From the NCBI GenBank assembly GCA_964581365.1, contig CAZOOF010000003.1, forward strand, positions 28,042 through 92,041: a stretch of 64,000 nucleotides of DNA. Direction: 5' to 3'. Below the pieces are notes generated by a model, which searched no databases, was not told where the DNA came from, and was given only the letters and a program-made list of their open reading frames with translations. Positions 24,457 through 35,014 of the stretch are shown piece by piece. The position numbers and the translations under genes are program-made. The first letter of the stretch is position 1; every line of letters begins with the position of its first letter. The DNA comes from an uncultured Chromatiales bacterium (lineage in GTDB: Bacteria > Pseudomonadota > Gammaproteobacteria > SZUA-140).

Positions 24457-24863
24457 GCGTTGGATTGTGTCTGGTCACGCATGATCGCATTGGCGAATCC
24501 ATGCTGGCGACCGCCAGATCCATGCTTGGCACCTGTCCGTTACCCGCGGCAACGGTGGCGGTGACCTCGGCCTGTGACTCCGCGCGTGCCGAAGGCATTC
24601 TGCGCGAAGCGCGCGAGGTGGTGCGGCGGCTCGATCAGGGCGATGGGGTCATCGTGCTGACGGATATGTACGGATCCACTCCCGCCAACATCGCCGCCGC
24701 GCTCGGCGAGCTCGAGGGGCACGATGTGATCGTGATCACCGGCATCAATCTGCCGATGCTGGTGCGCATCCTCAATTACCCCGGGCTGGCGCTGGAACAG
24801 CTGGTGGAAAAGGCCCTCAGCGGTGGTCGCGAAGGGATTTTTCGCGGTACCGGAGAAGCGTGA
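24453..24863 (+). CDS. PTS EIIA, mannose/fructose family
   Basis: LVTHDRIG, LTDMYGSTPANIA, GINLPML. Confidence 0.9.
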   Translation: MSVGLCLVTHDRIGESMLATARSMLGTCPLPAATVAVTSACDSARAEGILREAREVVRRLDQGDGVIVLTDMYGSTPANIAAALGELEGHDVIVITGINLPMLVRILNYPGLALEQLVEKALSGGREGIFRGTGEA

Positions 24864-25132
24864 TGGTGCGTTGCGAAACCGAGATCGTGAACCGGCTGGG
24901 ACTGCATGCCCGTGCTGCAGCGCGCCTGGTGACTCTTGCTTCGCAGTTCAAGTGCGAGGTTTTCGTTCAGCGCGGCGAGAAGCGGGTCAACGGCAAGAGC
25001 ATCATGGGCGTGATGATGCTCGCGGCCGGTCAGGGCACCACGATCGAGATCATTGCCGAAGGCGAGGATGAAGAGCGTGCCGTCGAAAAGATCGTCGATC
25101 TGATCAGGCACCGTTTCGGCGAGGAGAGTTGA
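24863..25132 (+). CDS. ptsH: Phosphocarrier HPr/NPr
   Basis: GLHARAA (His15 motif) and GKSIMG (Ser46 motif). Confidence 0.93.
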   Translation: MVRCETEIVNRLGLHARAAARLVTLASQFKCEVFVQRGEKRVNGKSIMGVMMLAAGQGTTIEIIAEGEDEERAVEKIVDLIRHRFGEES

Positions 25133-25180
25133 CCACGTCGTAGCGGCCTCGCCTCCCGTCCATCGGGGAGTGCAGCAGGC

Positions 25181-26911
25181 ATGATGACATTGAGCGGCAT
25201 CAGCGTATCCCGGGGTATCGCCATCGGCGAAGCGGCGGTGCTCAGACGCGAGCAGCTCGACATCAGCGAGTACGTCATTCCCTCCCCCCTGGTCGAAGAG
25301 GAAGTCGCCCGGTTTCGTGCGGCCCTGTCACGAGCGCGCCGGCAGCTGCGCGCAATCCGCGATGAAATCCCGCCCGAGGCGCCGCCCGAAGTTGTTGCGC
25401 TGGTCGATACTCACCTGGTCATGTTCGATGACCAGATGCTGCGCGATGGGCCCATCGAAATCATTCGTAACAGGCGCTGCAATGCCGAGTGGGCGCTGAA
25501 GGTCCAAAGGGATCTGCTCGTGCAGGTCTTCGAGCAGATGGACGATCCCTATCTTCGCGCGCGCAAGGATGACATCGACCATGTGGTCAACCGCATTCAG
25601 CAGAACCTGCAGGGGCAGGATTCATTTCCCGATCAGATGCTCGACCATCGGGTGCGCGGTGCCATCGTCGTCGCCGATGATCTCTCTCCCGCCGAAATCA
25701 TGCTCATGCAGAAGCAGGGTGTCGGTGCTTTCATCACCGAGTTCGGGGGCGCCAATTCGCATACGGCCATTCTCGCCCGCAGTCTCGGCGTGCCGGCAGT
25801 GGTTGGGGTGCATCACGCCCGGAACTACATCCGGCATGCGGACCGGCTCATCATCGAAGGCCGTCTCGGCGTGGTGGTCGTCGCACCCGACCGCGGCGAA
25901 CTGCGCTGGTTCCGTGCTAGGCAGCTGAGCGAGCGGCGGGCGCGGGCAGAGCTGGGAAAGCTGCGGCGGCGGCCGGTCGTGACGCGGGATGGCGAGTCGA
26001 TCACGCTGATGGCCAATGCTGAGGTGCTGGAGGATGTCAGCGCCGCGCGCGAAGCAGGCGCCGCCGGGATCGGTCTGTTTCGGACCGAGATGCTGTTCCT
26101 TGGCCGCAAAGAGCTGCCGGATGAGGCAGAGCAGTATGAGACCTACGTTCGCATCGTCAGGGCTATGCAGGGGGCGCCGGTCACCATTCGCACGCTGGAT
26201 CTCGGCATGGATAAATGGGTGGGCGAGGAGCGTCCCAGCGCTGCCGAGGGGACCAATCCGGCCATGGGGCTGCGCGCCATCCGCTGGTGTCTCAAGGATC
26301 CGGCAATGTTTTCGGTGCAGTTGCGGGCGATTCTGCGCGCTTCGGCCCACGGCAGGGTCCGCCTCATGTTTCCGATGCTATCGGACGAGCGCGAACTGCT
26401 GCAGGCGTTGGCTCTGCTGGATTCGGTAAAGGCGGAGCTTCGCACGGCCGGTGAGCCGTTCGACGAACGTCTGGAGGTGGGGGCGATGATCGAGGTGCCC
26501 GCTGCCGCGCTTTCGGTCAACCGCTTCGCGCGGCACGTGGATTTTCTGTCCATTGGCACCAATGATCTCATCCAGTACACGCTGGCAGTGGATCGGCTGG
26601 ATGAGGAAGTGAACTATCTCTATGATCCCCTGCATCCTGCTGTGCTCAAGCTGATCCAGATGACCATCAGTGGCGGCCGGCGCGCCGGGATCAGCGTTTC
26701 CATGTGCGGAGAGATGGCGGGAGAACCCGCCTACACGCGCTTGCTGCTCGGAATGGGGTTGCGGGAATTCAGCGCCGCGCCGAGCACGCTGCTCGAGGTC
26801 AAGCGGATCATCGTCGATGCCGAGTGGGCGCGGCTGCGTCATCAGGTGCGGCGGCTGCTTCGTAAGGGACGACCCGGCGGGCTCGAAGAGGCGTTGGAAC
26901 GGTTGAGTTGA
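25181..26911 (+). CDS. ptsI: PEP-protein phosphotransferase, enzyme I
   Basis: SHTAILARSLG, GIGLFRTE, NPAMGLRAIR, SIGTNDLIQY. Confidence 0.96.
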   Translation: MMTLSGISVSRGIAIGEAAVLRREQLDISEYVIPSPLVEEEVARFRAALSRARRQLRAIRDEIPPEAPPEVVALVDTHLVMFDDQMLRDGPIEIIRNRRCNAEWALKVQRDLLVQVFEQMDDPYLRARKDDIDHVVNRIQQNLQGQDSFPDQMLDHRVRGAIVVADDLSPAEIMLMQKQGVGAFITEFGGANSHTAILARSLGVPAVVGVHHARNYIRHADRLIIEGRLGVVVVAPDRGELRWFRARQLSERRARAELGKLRRRPVVTRDGESITLMANAEVLEDVSAAREAGAAGIGLFRTEMLFLGRKELPDEAEQYETYVRIVRAMQGAPVTIRTLDLGMDKWVGEERPSAAEGTNPAMGLRAIRWCLKDPAMFSVQLRAILRASAHGRVRLMFPMLSDERELLQALALLDSVKAELRTAGEPFDERLEVGAMIEVPAAALSVNRFARHVDFLSIGTNDLIQYTLAVDRLDEEVNYLYDPLHPAVLKLIQMTISGGRRAGISVSMCGEMAGEPAYTRLLLGMGLREFSAAPSTLLEVKRIIVDAEWARLRHQVRRLLRKGRPGGLEEALERLS

Positions 26912-26952
26912 GCGCGCGATCCGAAAGGGGAGGATTGTGTCGGCTGCCGTGC

Positions 26953-26961
26953 TGCTATAAT
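26953..26961 (+). promoter_or_regulatory. Extended -10 promoter element (TGcTATAAT) for the Gld-like ABC operon
   Basis: Perfect TG-n-TATAAT ending 5 nt before GTG 26967. Confidence 0.6.
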
Positions 26962-26966
26962 GCGCC

Positions 26967-27923
26967 GTGATGAGCACCGACAGCCTGATTCGTGTCGAGC
27001 ATCTGTATCGCCATTACGGACCGCTGTGCGCTGTCGAGGATATCAGCTTCGAGGTCCACCGCGGCGAGGTGCTCGGCTTTCTCGGCCCCAATGGCGCCGG
27101 CAAATCCACTACCATGCAGATCATCAGCGGCAATCTCGCGCCGAGTGCGGGCCGCGTGCTGGTCAACGGTGTCGACATCCTGGATCAGCCGCGTCGCGCC
27201 AAGGCCGGGCTCGGCTATCTTCCCGATCAGCCGCCACTCTATCGTGAGATGACGGTCGACGAGTACCTGTGGTACTGCGCCCGCATCAGGCGGATTCCTC
27301 GCGGCGATAGTCGTTCCGCGATCGAGCGGGTCAAGGAGCGCTGTGGCCTGGGTGTGGTGGGCGCCCGCGTCATCGGCAATCTGTCGAAGGGTTACCAGCA
27401 GCGCGTGGGTATTGCCCAGGCGATCGTGCACGCGCCGGCCGTCGTCATCCTCGATGAGCCGACGGTGGGCCTCGATCCGATCCAGATCCGCGAGATCCGC
27501 GCCCTCATCCGTGAACTGGGCAGCGATCATGCGATCATCCTGTCGACCCACATACTCCCGGAGGTACAGGCGGTATGCGATCGCGTGCAGGTCATCCATC
27601 GCGGGCGCCTGGTATTCGATGATTCCATCGAGGGTTTGCAGCGGCATATGGTCATGTCATGGCTGACCATCGGTATGCGCAATGCGCCTGAGGCGTCGAC
27701 GCTTCAGGCCATGCCCGATGTCGTTCAGGTGGAGGATCTGGGTGAGGGGCGTATGCGTCTGCAGTATCGTCCGGAGGCGGCTGATTTTTCGGAACGCCTG
27801 GTGGCGAGGGCTGTAGCCGAGGGGTGGCGCCTGCACGAAATCACGCATGAGCGCCGCAGTCTGGAAGAGATCTTCGTCGAGCTCACCCGCACCGAAGAAG
27901 TGAGCGAGGATGCTCCGGCATGA
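26967..27923 (+). CDS. ABC-2 ATPase, GldA-like
   Basis: [33 protein letters not shown]. Confidence 0.9.
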   Translation: MMSTDSLIRVEHLYRHYGPLCAVEDISFEVHRGEVLGFLGPNGAGKSTTMQIISGNLAPSAGRVLVNGVDILDQPRRAKAGLGYLPDQPPLYREMTVDEYLWYCARIRRIPRGDSRSAIERVKERCGLGVVGARVIGNLSKGYQQRVGIAQAIVHAPAVVILDEPTVGLDPIQIREIRALIRELGSDHAIILSTHILPEVQAVCDRVQVIHRGRLVFDDSIEGLQRHMVMSWLTIGMRNAPEASTLQAMPDVVQVEDLGEGRMRLQYRPEAADFSERLVARAVAEGWRLHEITHERRSLEEIFVELTRTEEVSEDAPA

Positions 27924-28660
27924 CCGTCCTGGCTATTGCCGGCCGCGAGCTGCGCTCGCTGTTTCTGTCGCCGCTGGCCTGGACGCTGCTGGCGGTGGTG
28001 CAGCTGATCCTGGGTTACATGTTCGTTACCCAGATCGATTTCTTTCTGCAGCTGCAGCCGCGGCTGCCCGGCATACCCGATGCGCCGGGCGTCACTGAGA
28101 TCGTCGTTGCGCCGATGTTCGGCAATGCCGCGCTGGTACTGCTCCTCATTGTGCCGCTACTGACCATGCGCCTGCTGGCGGATGAGTTGCGCAACCGCAC
28201 CCTGCCGCTGCTGTTCTCGGCGCCCGTGTCCATGACTGAGATAGTGCTGGGCAAGTATCTGGGCGTGGCCGGCTTCATCGCCGTCCTGCTGGGGCTGATC
28301 GCGCTGATGCCGCTGTCGCTGCTGTCCGGCGGCGAGCTGGATTTCGGCACCCTGTGCGCCGGGCTGCTGGGGTTGTTTCTGCTGCTGGCCGCATTCGCGG
28401 CGATCGGACTGTTCATGTCCGCATTGACCGGGCAGCCGGCAGTGGCTGCGATCGCCACCTTTGGCGCCCTGCTCATGCTGTGGATCGTCGACTGGAGTGG
28501 CGATGGCGGTGTGCTTGCCTGGCTGTCCATGGTGCGCCACTACGAGCCCCTGCTGCGCGGCGTCTTCAGGAGTTCCGACATCGCTTATTATCTGCTCGTC
28601 ATAGTGACGTTCCTCATTCTCACCATCCGGCGCCTGGACTCCTGGCGCCTCCAGCACTGA
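27920..28660 (+). CDS. ABC-2 permease, GldF-like
   Basis: RELRSLFLSPLAW, PLLTMRL, IVLGKY; about 6 TM segments. Confidence 0.88.
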   Translation: MTVLAIAGRELRSLFLSPLAWTLLAVVQLILGYMFVTQIDFFLQLQPRLPGIPDAPGVTEIVVAPMFGNAALVLLLIVPLLTMRLLADELRNRTLPLLFSAPVSMTEIVLGKYLGVAGFIAVLLGLIALMPLSLLSGGELDFGTLCAGLLGLFLLLAAFAAIGLFMSALTGQPAVAAIATFGALLMLWIVDWSGDGGVLAWLSMVRHYEPLLRGVFRSSDIAYYLLVIVTFLILTIRRLDSWRLQH

Positions 28661-28664
28661 CGCC

Positions 28665-30050
28665 ATGCAGGTAACCAGACGCAGCAGACGATTGATGCGC
28701 TTGCAGGACATCATTTTTGTCCTGCTCCTGCTCGCGATTGCCGGTCTGCTCGGCTGGCTGAGCACCCGCTATGTGTTCGAGGCTGACTGGACCGCTGCCG
28801 GGCGCAACACGCTGTCACCGGCGAGCATGGCCCTGCTGCAGGAAATGCCGGGCGAAGTTACGGTAACCGCCTTCGCGCGGGAGACGGCGCCGCTGCTGCG
28901 CAAGCGGATCACCAATCTCGTGGATCGTTACCGACGCTACAAGCCGGACGTCACGCTGGTGTTCGTCGATCCCGATCGAGAACCTCAGCGCGCGCGCGAG
29001 TTGGATGTCGTCATGGATGGTGAGCTGGTGCTCGAGTATCGGGGGCGGACCGAGCATCTGCGTGATCCGGATCCGGGCGAAAGCGGCCTGACCAATGCCT
29101 TGCAACGGGTAGCGCGCAGCGGAGAACGCCGCTTGCTGTTCGTCACCGGGCACGGCGAACGCGATCCCATGGGTGGCGCCGGACATGATCTGTCGGGCTG
29201 GGTGCGGTATCTGAGCGCGCGCGGAATTCGCGCCGAGACGGTCAATCTGCTGGAGGAAGGTGCGCTGCCGTTGACCGAGTCCGCCGTGGTGCTGGCCTCG
29301 CCCGAAGTATCGCTGCTGCCGGCGGAGCTCGCTCGGCTCATCAGTTTCGTGAGAGACGGTGGAAACCTGCTGTGGCTGGCCGATCCGGGCGCGCCCGCCG
29401 GCCTCGAGCCACTGGCGACGGAGTTGGAGATCGTCTTCGAGCCGGGTGTGGTGATGGATCCGACCGTGGCGCAGGTCGGTATGATGCTGTTCCAAACCGA
29501 CGATCCGCGCGTGGCGCTGGTCGCGCGCTATCCTGCCCATGCCATTACCCGGGACTTCGATCTGAATACGTTGTTCCCCGTGGCTGGAGCGATCACGGTG
29601 GATGAGGATGCGGGCGGCTGGCGGTTGACGGCCCTGCTGCGCACGCTGTCGAATACCTGGTTGGAGCGCGGGCAGGTGAGCGGAACCATCACCATGGACG
29701 ATGAGGACATACCCGGTCCGCTGGTGCTCGGCGTCGCCCTGAGCAGGACGCTGGAGGGCGACGATGAAAAGTCCGCACGCGAGCAGCGGGTGGTGGCGAT
29801 CGCAGATGGCGATTTCCTGGGCAATGCTTTTCTCGGGGGCGGCGGCAATCTGCAACTGGGACTGAACATCGCCGACTGGCTGATCGGCGATGATCGGTTC
29901 ATCGATATCCCGGCGCGTACCGCGCCCGATGCATCGCTCGACCTGTCCCGGTTTGCGACCGTCGCGATCGGCCTGGGATTCCCGCTCATCCTGCCCTTAC
30001 TGCTCGCCGCCACTGGAGCGTGGGTGTGGTTGCGGCGCCGCCGACGCTGA
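28665..30050 (+). CDS. GldG-like ABC auxiliary protein (GIFT-type domain)
   Basis: DWTAAGRNTLS, FVTGHGER, VVAIADGDFLGN; N- and C-terminal TMs. Confidence 0.85.
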   Translation: MQVTRRSRRLMRLQDIIFVLLLLAIAGLLGWLSTRYVFEADWTAAGRNTLSPASMALLQEMPGEVTVTAFARETAPLLRKRITNLVDRYRRYKPDVTLVFVDPDREPQRARELDVVMDGELVLEYRGRTEHLRDPDPGESGLTNALQRVARSGERRLLFVTGHGERDPMGGAGHDLSGWVRYLSARGIRAETVNLLEEGALPLTESAVVLASPEVSLLPAELARLISFVRDGGNLLWLADPGAPAGLEPLATELEIVFEPGVVMDPTVAQVGMMLFQTDDPRVALVARYPAHAITRDFDLNTLFPVAGAITVDEDAGGWRLTALLRTLSNTWLERGQVSGTITMDDEDIPGPLVLGVALSRTLEGDDEKSAREQRVVAIADGDFLGNAFLGGGGNLQLGLNIADWLIGDDRFIDIPARTAPDASLDLSRFATVAIGLGFPLILPLLLAATGAWVWLRRRRR

Positions 30051-30060
30051 GGAGCGACCA

Positions 30061-30897
30061 TTGAACCGCAGGCTGCTGACGAACCTCGGTCTGTTGCTGT
30101 TGGTCGGGATCCTCGGGCTGATTGCGTGGCTGCAGCCTGGCCTGGAGGACGGCAAGGTGGAGCCGCTGTCCACCATCGACCCCGGCTCCGTTTCGCGTCT
30201 CGCAGTGAAGCGTCCTGGTTACGATGCGATCGTCCTCGAAAAGGAGGGTGGAGTCTGGATGATGCGCGAGCCGATCCGCATTCATGCCAGCGAGGCCAGG
30301 ATCGAGGCCCTGTTGGCGGTTCTCAACGAGCCGGTGCATGCCAGCTTTGCCGTCGCCGAAGTCGACCCGGCCGGCTTTGGATTGGACGCTCCTCGAGTAC
30401 AGCTTCAGATCGACGGTTCTGAGTTTGCTTTTGGCGACACCGATCCGATCGCGCATCGGCGTTATGTCCGGATCCAGGATCGCATCGCACTCATCGACGA
30501 CGAGCATTACGTCTGGCTGCACGGCGGGGCCCATGATTTCGTGTCCCGACAGCTCCTGCCGCCGGGGGCCGAGCTGGCCATGCTCGAATTACCCGAAGCG
30601 ATACTGCGGCGGAACGACGATGCTTCCGCATGGGAGGTTTCTCCCACCGATGCGATGCTTGCCGAAGAGGCCGCGGCGATCGCTCGTGAATGGCTGCAAG
30701 CGTATGGGCTCGCGGTCGAAGCCCGGAGCCCGCTGGTCGATGAGGGCGCAAAGCGGATACGCCTGCGTCTGGGCGATGGCCGCGAGCTGGAATTCGCTGT
30801 GAGCGATGATAGTGATCCCTTGTTCATGCGCGCGGATGTGGGGCTGGCGTGGCGGATGAGTGCGGCCCAGGCGGCGCGACTGCTCGGCGATTCCTAG
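30061..30897 (+). CDS. DUF4340-like periplasmic protein
   Basis: N-terminal TM, W-x-M-x-x-P and FGLDAP patterns; usual fourth gene of GldAFG-like operons; TTG start. Confidence 0.75.
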   Translation: MNRRLLTNLGLLLLVGILGLIAWLQPGLEDGKVEPLSTIDPGSVSRLAVKRPGYDAIVLEKEGGVWMMREPIRIHASEARIEALLAVLNEPVHASFAVAEVDPAGFGLDAPRVQLQIDGSEFAFGDTDPIAHRRYVRIQDRIALIDDEHYVWLHGGAHDFVSRQLLPPGAELAMLELPEAILRRNDDASAWEVSPTDAMLAEEAAAIAREWLQAYGLAVEARSPLVDEGAKRIRLRLGDGRELEFAVSDDSDPLFMRADVGLAWRMSAAQAARLLGDS

Positions 30898-30898
30898 C

Positions 30899-31714
30899 AT
30901 GCCTGAACTGCCAGAGGTCGAAACCAGCCGGCGCGGCATCGCCCCCCACATCGAAGGGCGGCGTGTCACGTTCGTGGATGTGCGTCAGCGGCAGTTACGG
31001 TTTCCGGTGACCGACGGACTCGAGCGCCTCCTGCCCGGGCAGCGTGTGGACAGCGTCGAACGCAGGGGAAAGTATCTTGTGCTGCGATGTACCGGCGGAG
31101 CTGTGATCCTGCACCTGGGAATGTCAGGCAGTCTGCGGATCATAGAGCATCCGGGTCCTCCGCCGGGCGCGCACGATCATGTGGATATCGGCTTCGAGGA
31201 TGGGGCGATGTTGAGGCTGCGCGATCCGCGGCGCTTCGGATCGCTGGTGTGGACGAGCGAAGATCCTCTGGCGCACCCGTTGCTGCGTCACCTCGGGCCT
31301 GAGCCGCTCGCGCAAGGATTCGACGGCACCTGGCTGTATGCGCAGTCCAGAGGACGTCGCGCGGCGGTGAAGACCTTCATCATGGATTCGAAAATCGTTG
31401 TCGGGGTAGGGAATATATATGCCAGCGAGGCCTTGCACGGCTGCGGCATTGACCCCCGGCGTGCAGCCGGCCGCATCTCGGCCGCCCGTTACCAGGCGCT
31501 CGCCTGTGCGATCCAGGATGTTCTGCGAGCCGCGATTCGCAGCGGCGGCACCACTCTGCGCGATTTCCGTGGCGGCGACGGCCAGCCCGGCTATTTCTCC
31601 ACTCGCCTTGCGGTATATGGCCGGGAGGGAGAGGCATGTGGTTGCGGCGGAGTCATTCGCTGCTTTCGTCAGGCCCAGCGGTCCACCTATTTCTGCCCGG
31701 CCTGTCAGCACTGA
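30899..31714 (+). CDS. mutM: Formamidopyrimidine-DNA glycosylase
   Basis: [25 protein letters not shown]-terminal zinc finger. Confidence 0.98.
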   Translation: MPELPEVETSRRGIAPHIEGRRVTFVDVRQRQLRFPVTDGLERLLPGQRVDSVERRGKYLVLRCTGGAVILHLGMSGSLRIIEHPGPPPGAHDHVDIGFEDGAMLRLRDPRRFGSLVWTSEDPLAHPLLRHLGPEPLAQGFDGTWLYAQSRGRRAAVKTFIMDSKIVVGVGNIYASEALHGCGIDPRRAAGRISAARYQALACAIQDVLRAAIRSGGTTLRDFRGGDGQPGYFSTRLAVYGREGEACGCGGVIRCFRQAQRSTYFCPACQH

Positions 31715-31777
31715 TGTGATCCAGTTATTGCCGGCCGTGTGTTTGCGCTAGGATAGGTGAAACGACGGGGAGGTGTG

Positions 31778-32260
31778 ATGGCAAAAAGCAGTCTGCTGGC
31801 GGTGCGCGTCAGCCATTTCAGGGCATTGTTCGACTGGACGATCAAGATCGTTTTCAGCGTTATGATCGTATTCCTGACGCTCAGTATCATCATCGGGACC
31901 GGGCGCATGTTCATGACGGTGAACAATCTGCTCGCCGAGGGCGATCTTTCCAGGGACTTTCTGCGCATCATCTCCGATGTGCTCACCCTGTTCATCCTCA
32001 TCGAACTGTCGCGCTCGCTGGTCGAATATTTCAGCACTTCACGCCTGCGCATGACCTTCATCGTCGATGCCGCCATCGTATTCGTGCTGCGAGAAGTGAT
32101 GATCCAGCTGTTCGAGCACAAGATTACGCCGACGGAAATCTATGCGACCAGCGCCCTGCTGCTGGTCATGACCGTGCTGCGCATCGGATCCGTGATCGTC
32201 TATCAGCGCGGACTGGCTTTGGGAGAAAAGCCCCTAGGGGATGGAAAGAGCGAAGACTGA
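31778..32260 (+). CDS. PsiE-family membrane protein
   Basis: 4 TM, LFILIELSRS and AIVFVLREV motifs; RBS GGGGAGGT. Confidence 0.8.
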   Translation: MAKSSLLAVRVSHFRALFDWTIKIVFSVMIVFLTLSIIIGTGRMFMTVNNLLAEGDLSRDFLRIISDVLTLFILIELSRSLVEYFSTSRLRMTFIVDAAIVFVLREVMIQLFEHKITPTEIYATSALLLVMTVLRIGSVIVYQRGLALGEKPLGDGKSED

Positions 32261-32269
32261 GAGGTAAAA

Positions 32270-32301
32270 GGCAGGGACGTGTCCCGCTCGTCGTCCCTGC
32301 C
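32270..32301. terminator. Hairpin between convergent genes
   Basis: GGCAGGGACG(32270-32279)/CGTCCCTGCC(32292-32301); no U-tract. Confidence 0.45.
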
Positions 32302-32321
32302 CGGTTCGTCATCTCGAGCGG

Positions 32322-33740
32322 TTACGGTGCATCTCTGAAGTGTACCGCCACGCCCGCCTCTTCCAGCAGAATCGTTTCAGTGATCCCGGTCAGCTCGGCG
32401 AGCTGCGCCGCCAGGGTTTCGTTGCGCTCATCCCTGGGGTCGAACAGCAGGTAATCGACATTGGCGATGTTTTGCAGCAGCGTTTCGTGGTCAGGGAAGG
32501 GCGGCGGCAGTGGCAGAGTGTGCCTGCGGGTTGCGAGCATGGTCTTGCCCGGCCATTGACTCATCGTCATGGTCGCCTCTTCCCGGCCTGCGTCTTCCAT
32601 CTCCACGCTGAACGCCAGCAGCAGCGCATCGACGGGCGGCAGCTGATTCTGTGAGATCGCATAGTGGTGTGCCTTGCCCACCTGCATGAAGATGATCGAG
32701 GCGATGAAGACCACGACGAAAACGAGCCCGCGCTGACCGGCGAATCCACCCAGTCCCATGCCGCGATTGAAGGCGATCAGGCGCGGGACCCCGAGATAGA
32801 GGGTCATGGCCATGGCCAGCAGAGCCCAGGCTCCGTCGGCGGCGGGCAGCCCGAAAATCAGCGCCAGCAGCAGCATGCGCGTCATCATGTCTTCCGCGGC
32901 CATGCGTCGCCCCGCGATTCCAGCTCCGAGGATCGCGATGGCGAACAGAATCGCCAGCAGCCAGGCGAGGGCGGTACCGGGAGCATCCCGCCCGAGAATC
33001 GCCTGGTACAGAGAGACGAACGGCTGATCCAGCCACTGGAGCGCCGGCCAGCCGAGGCGCAAAATCAGAATGAGCGCCACCGCTACCGCGACGCCGATGT
33101 ACACATGCCGCTGTTGACGGGCATCGAGCGGACGGCTGCGCCATTCCCAGAGGAGCGCCGCCGGATAGGCGAGGGCGGCGGGATGAATGCTGACGGCGAT
33201 CATGATCCACAGCAGCTGGGCAAAAAACCAGCCGCCGAGCGGGCGCTGCACGCTGCGGTATTTCCGGTCGATCCAGAGACCGACGCCGAAGGCGAGCAGC
33301 AGGTAGGGGCCTGCGCCGAGCGCATCGATCTCGAACAGGGTGGCGGGGGCGATCAGCAGCAGGCCGCTGGCGATGAGGGCGCTCTCGCTATCGAAGTTCC
33401 GCCGCGCCCAGCGGTAGAGCATGGTCACTGCCGCCGCCATGATCAGCAGGGCGTGGACCTTGGCGGCGAACATGCTGCCTGGCCAGTAGGCGCCCAGCGG
33501 CGCAAGCAGTATCGCGCGCAGATCCGGCAAGCCAAGCAGGACGACGGTACTGATGATGCGTTCGCCTACCGACCAGACGAGCAGGAGGGCTCGCGCACCA
33601 GCTTCGTCGACGCCGAACTCATCGACGCGCACGAGCCCCAGTCCGAGTATGGCGGCGCCCCAGGCCGCAAGCACCAGAACTCCCCAGTAGTCCTCTTTCG
33701 CCCTGGTCAGGACGTGCCTTCCACGATCGCGTAAATTCAT
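32322..33740 (-). CDS. Polytopic membrane protein resembling GT-C (ArnT/PMT-like) glycosyltransferases
   Basis: 472 aa, more than 10 hydrophobic segments, acidic DE pair after TM1, soluble C-terminal domain. Confidence 0.55.
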   Translation of the reverse strand: MNLRDRGRHVLTRAKEDYWGVLVLAAWGAAILGLGLVRVDEFGVDEAGARALLLVWSVGERIISTVVLLGLPDLRAILLAPLGAYWPGSMFAAKVHALLIMAAAVTMLYRWARRNFDSESALIASGLLLIAPATLFEIDALGAGPYLLLAFGVGLWIDRKYRSVQRPLGGWFFAQLLWIMIAVSIHPAALAYPAALLWEWRSRPLDARQQRHVYIGVAVAVALILILRLGWPALQWLDQPFVSLYQAILGRDAPGTALAWLLAILFAIAILGAGIAGRRMAAEDMMTRMLLLALIFGLPAADGAWALLAMAMTLYLGVPRLIAFNRGMGLGGFAGQRGLVFVVVFIASIIFMQVGKAHHYAISQNQLPPVDALLLAFSVEMEDAGREEATMTMSQWPGKTMLATRRHTLPLPPPFPDHETLLQNIANVDYLLFDPRDERNETLAAQLAELTGITETILLEEAGVAVHFRDAP

Positions 33741-33930
33741 TGTCTCGCCTCTGTGAAACGGGCTGGATTCTAGCGCGTGCGCTGCGACAGGTCACCCGCA
33801 TCGTGTGTCGCTCGGACTTGCATCGTCCCATGTCGCATGATATACAGACCGCTGAGAATAAGAACCGGCGCCGTACCGCGAGCCCGGGTATTTCACGGTC
33901 ATTCGGAAAATACGGAATGGGGGGGTAGCA

Positions 33931-34023
33931 ATGCTGTCGACAGGACAAGTCCTTATCATGTACGCCGTTTGGTTCCCGCTTGCCTTCGCTCTTGCAGCCT
34001 ACTTGGTCAAGAAGAACTCCTGA
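33931..34023 (+). CDS. 30-aa single-TM microprotein MLSTGQVLIMYAVWFPLAFALAAYLVKKNS (not in ORF track)
   Basis: Translated by hand; G-rich RBS 33919-33925; one hydrophobic helix followed by KK. Confidence 0.6.
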   Translation: MLSTGQVLIMYAVWFPLAFALAAYLVKKNS

Positions 34024-34106
34024 CTGAACTGCCGTCTCGTTCGCGGTCATCCCGATGATTTACGGTGGACCCAGCGCGAGGCCCCGTCGCTCAGGCGACA
34101 GGAAGA

Positions 34107-34135
34107 TTGACGGCCTTTAATCACCTACGTATCAT
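34107..34135 (+). promoter_or_regulatory. Sigma70 promoter for cytochrome c4
   Basis: TTGACG(34107-34112)-17 nt-TATCAT(34130-34135). Confidence 0.65.
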
Positions 34136-34187
34136 GTGCCATTTGGCGCTGGGCGTACATAATAATGGTTATATTGAGAGGGATCCA

Positions 34188-34958
34188 ATGCGACGCTTAA
34201 CGACCCTGGCTTCGATCCTCACCGGTGCACTGCTCATCGCGGCGATGCCTCAGGCACATGCCGCCAAGTCGGCAGTGACTGCCAGCCTTTCGAATGGCGA
34301 AGCCATCTTCACCCAGGGCAAGGGCAATGCCCCCGCCTGCAGTTCCTGTCACGGTGCCGATGCCATGGGTATCGATGCCATGGAAACGCCCCGCCTGGCC
34401 GGGCAGGTCGCCGAGTTCCTGGTCAAGCAGCTCGAGGACTTCGCTACCGATCGCCGCATGGGTCTGGGCGCCGGCGTGGTAATGAACGTGTTCGCCAAGG
34501 AGCTGTCTGCCGAAGACCGGCGTGACGTCGCGGCGTACCTGTCGATGCAGGGTCGTGATCGCGCGACTTCCGCGACCGGTGCTTCCAATCTCGCAGAGCT
34601 GAAAGAGATGGGCATGGCCGTCGGTGAGCCGCATCTGGGACTGCGTCTGGTCAACTACGGCGCGCCGGAGCGGGACATTCCCGCCTGCCGTTCCTGCCAC
34701 GACTTCAACGGTCGCGGCGTGGAGCCGATCTACCCGATGCTCAGCGAGCAGAAGTACGTTTACCTGGTCAACCAGCTGAAGTACTGGCGTGATGGTTCGC
34801 GCAACAATGATCCGCGCGAGCAGATGCAGAAGGTTGCCCGCAACATGACGGACGAGGACATCATCAACGCGGCTGCATATCTGACCGGAGCGTCTCCGTA
34901 TCCGGCGGGCAGCATCCGCATCCCCGAGCGTCATGTGAGCTTCAAGATCGTCAAGTAA
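34188..34958 (+). CDS. Diheme cytochrome c4-type periplasmic protein
   Basis: Signal peptide, CSSCH and CRSCH, PRLAGQ...LVKQLEDF, Met ligand candidates VMNVF and QMQKV. Confidence 0.92.
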   Translation: MRRLTTLASILTGALLIAAMPQAHAAKSAVTASLSNGEAIFTQGKGNAPACSSCHGADAMGIDAMETPRLAGQVAEFLVKQLEDFATDRRMGLGAGVVMNVFAKELSAEDRRDVAAYLSMQGRDRATSATGASNLAELKEMGMAVGEPHLGLRLVNYGAPERDIPACRSCHDFNGRGVEPIYPMLSEQKYVYLVNQLKYWRDGSRNNDPREQMQKVARNMTDEDIINAAAYLTGASPYPAGSIRIPERHVSFKIVK

Positions 34959-34970
34959 TCCGCGCCAACC

Positions 34971-34998
34971 CGCATCCCGGCACCGGAGCCGGGATGCG
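34971..34998. repeat. Perfect 11-bp-stem inverted repeat
   Basis: CGCATCCCGGC-accgga-GCCGGGATGCG. Confidence 0.8.
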
Positions 34999-35014
34999 GA
35001 GCAGATCAGAGACG

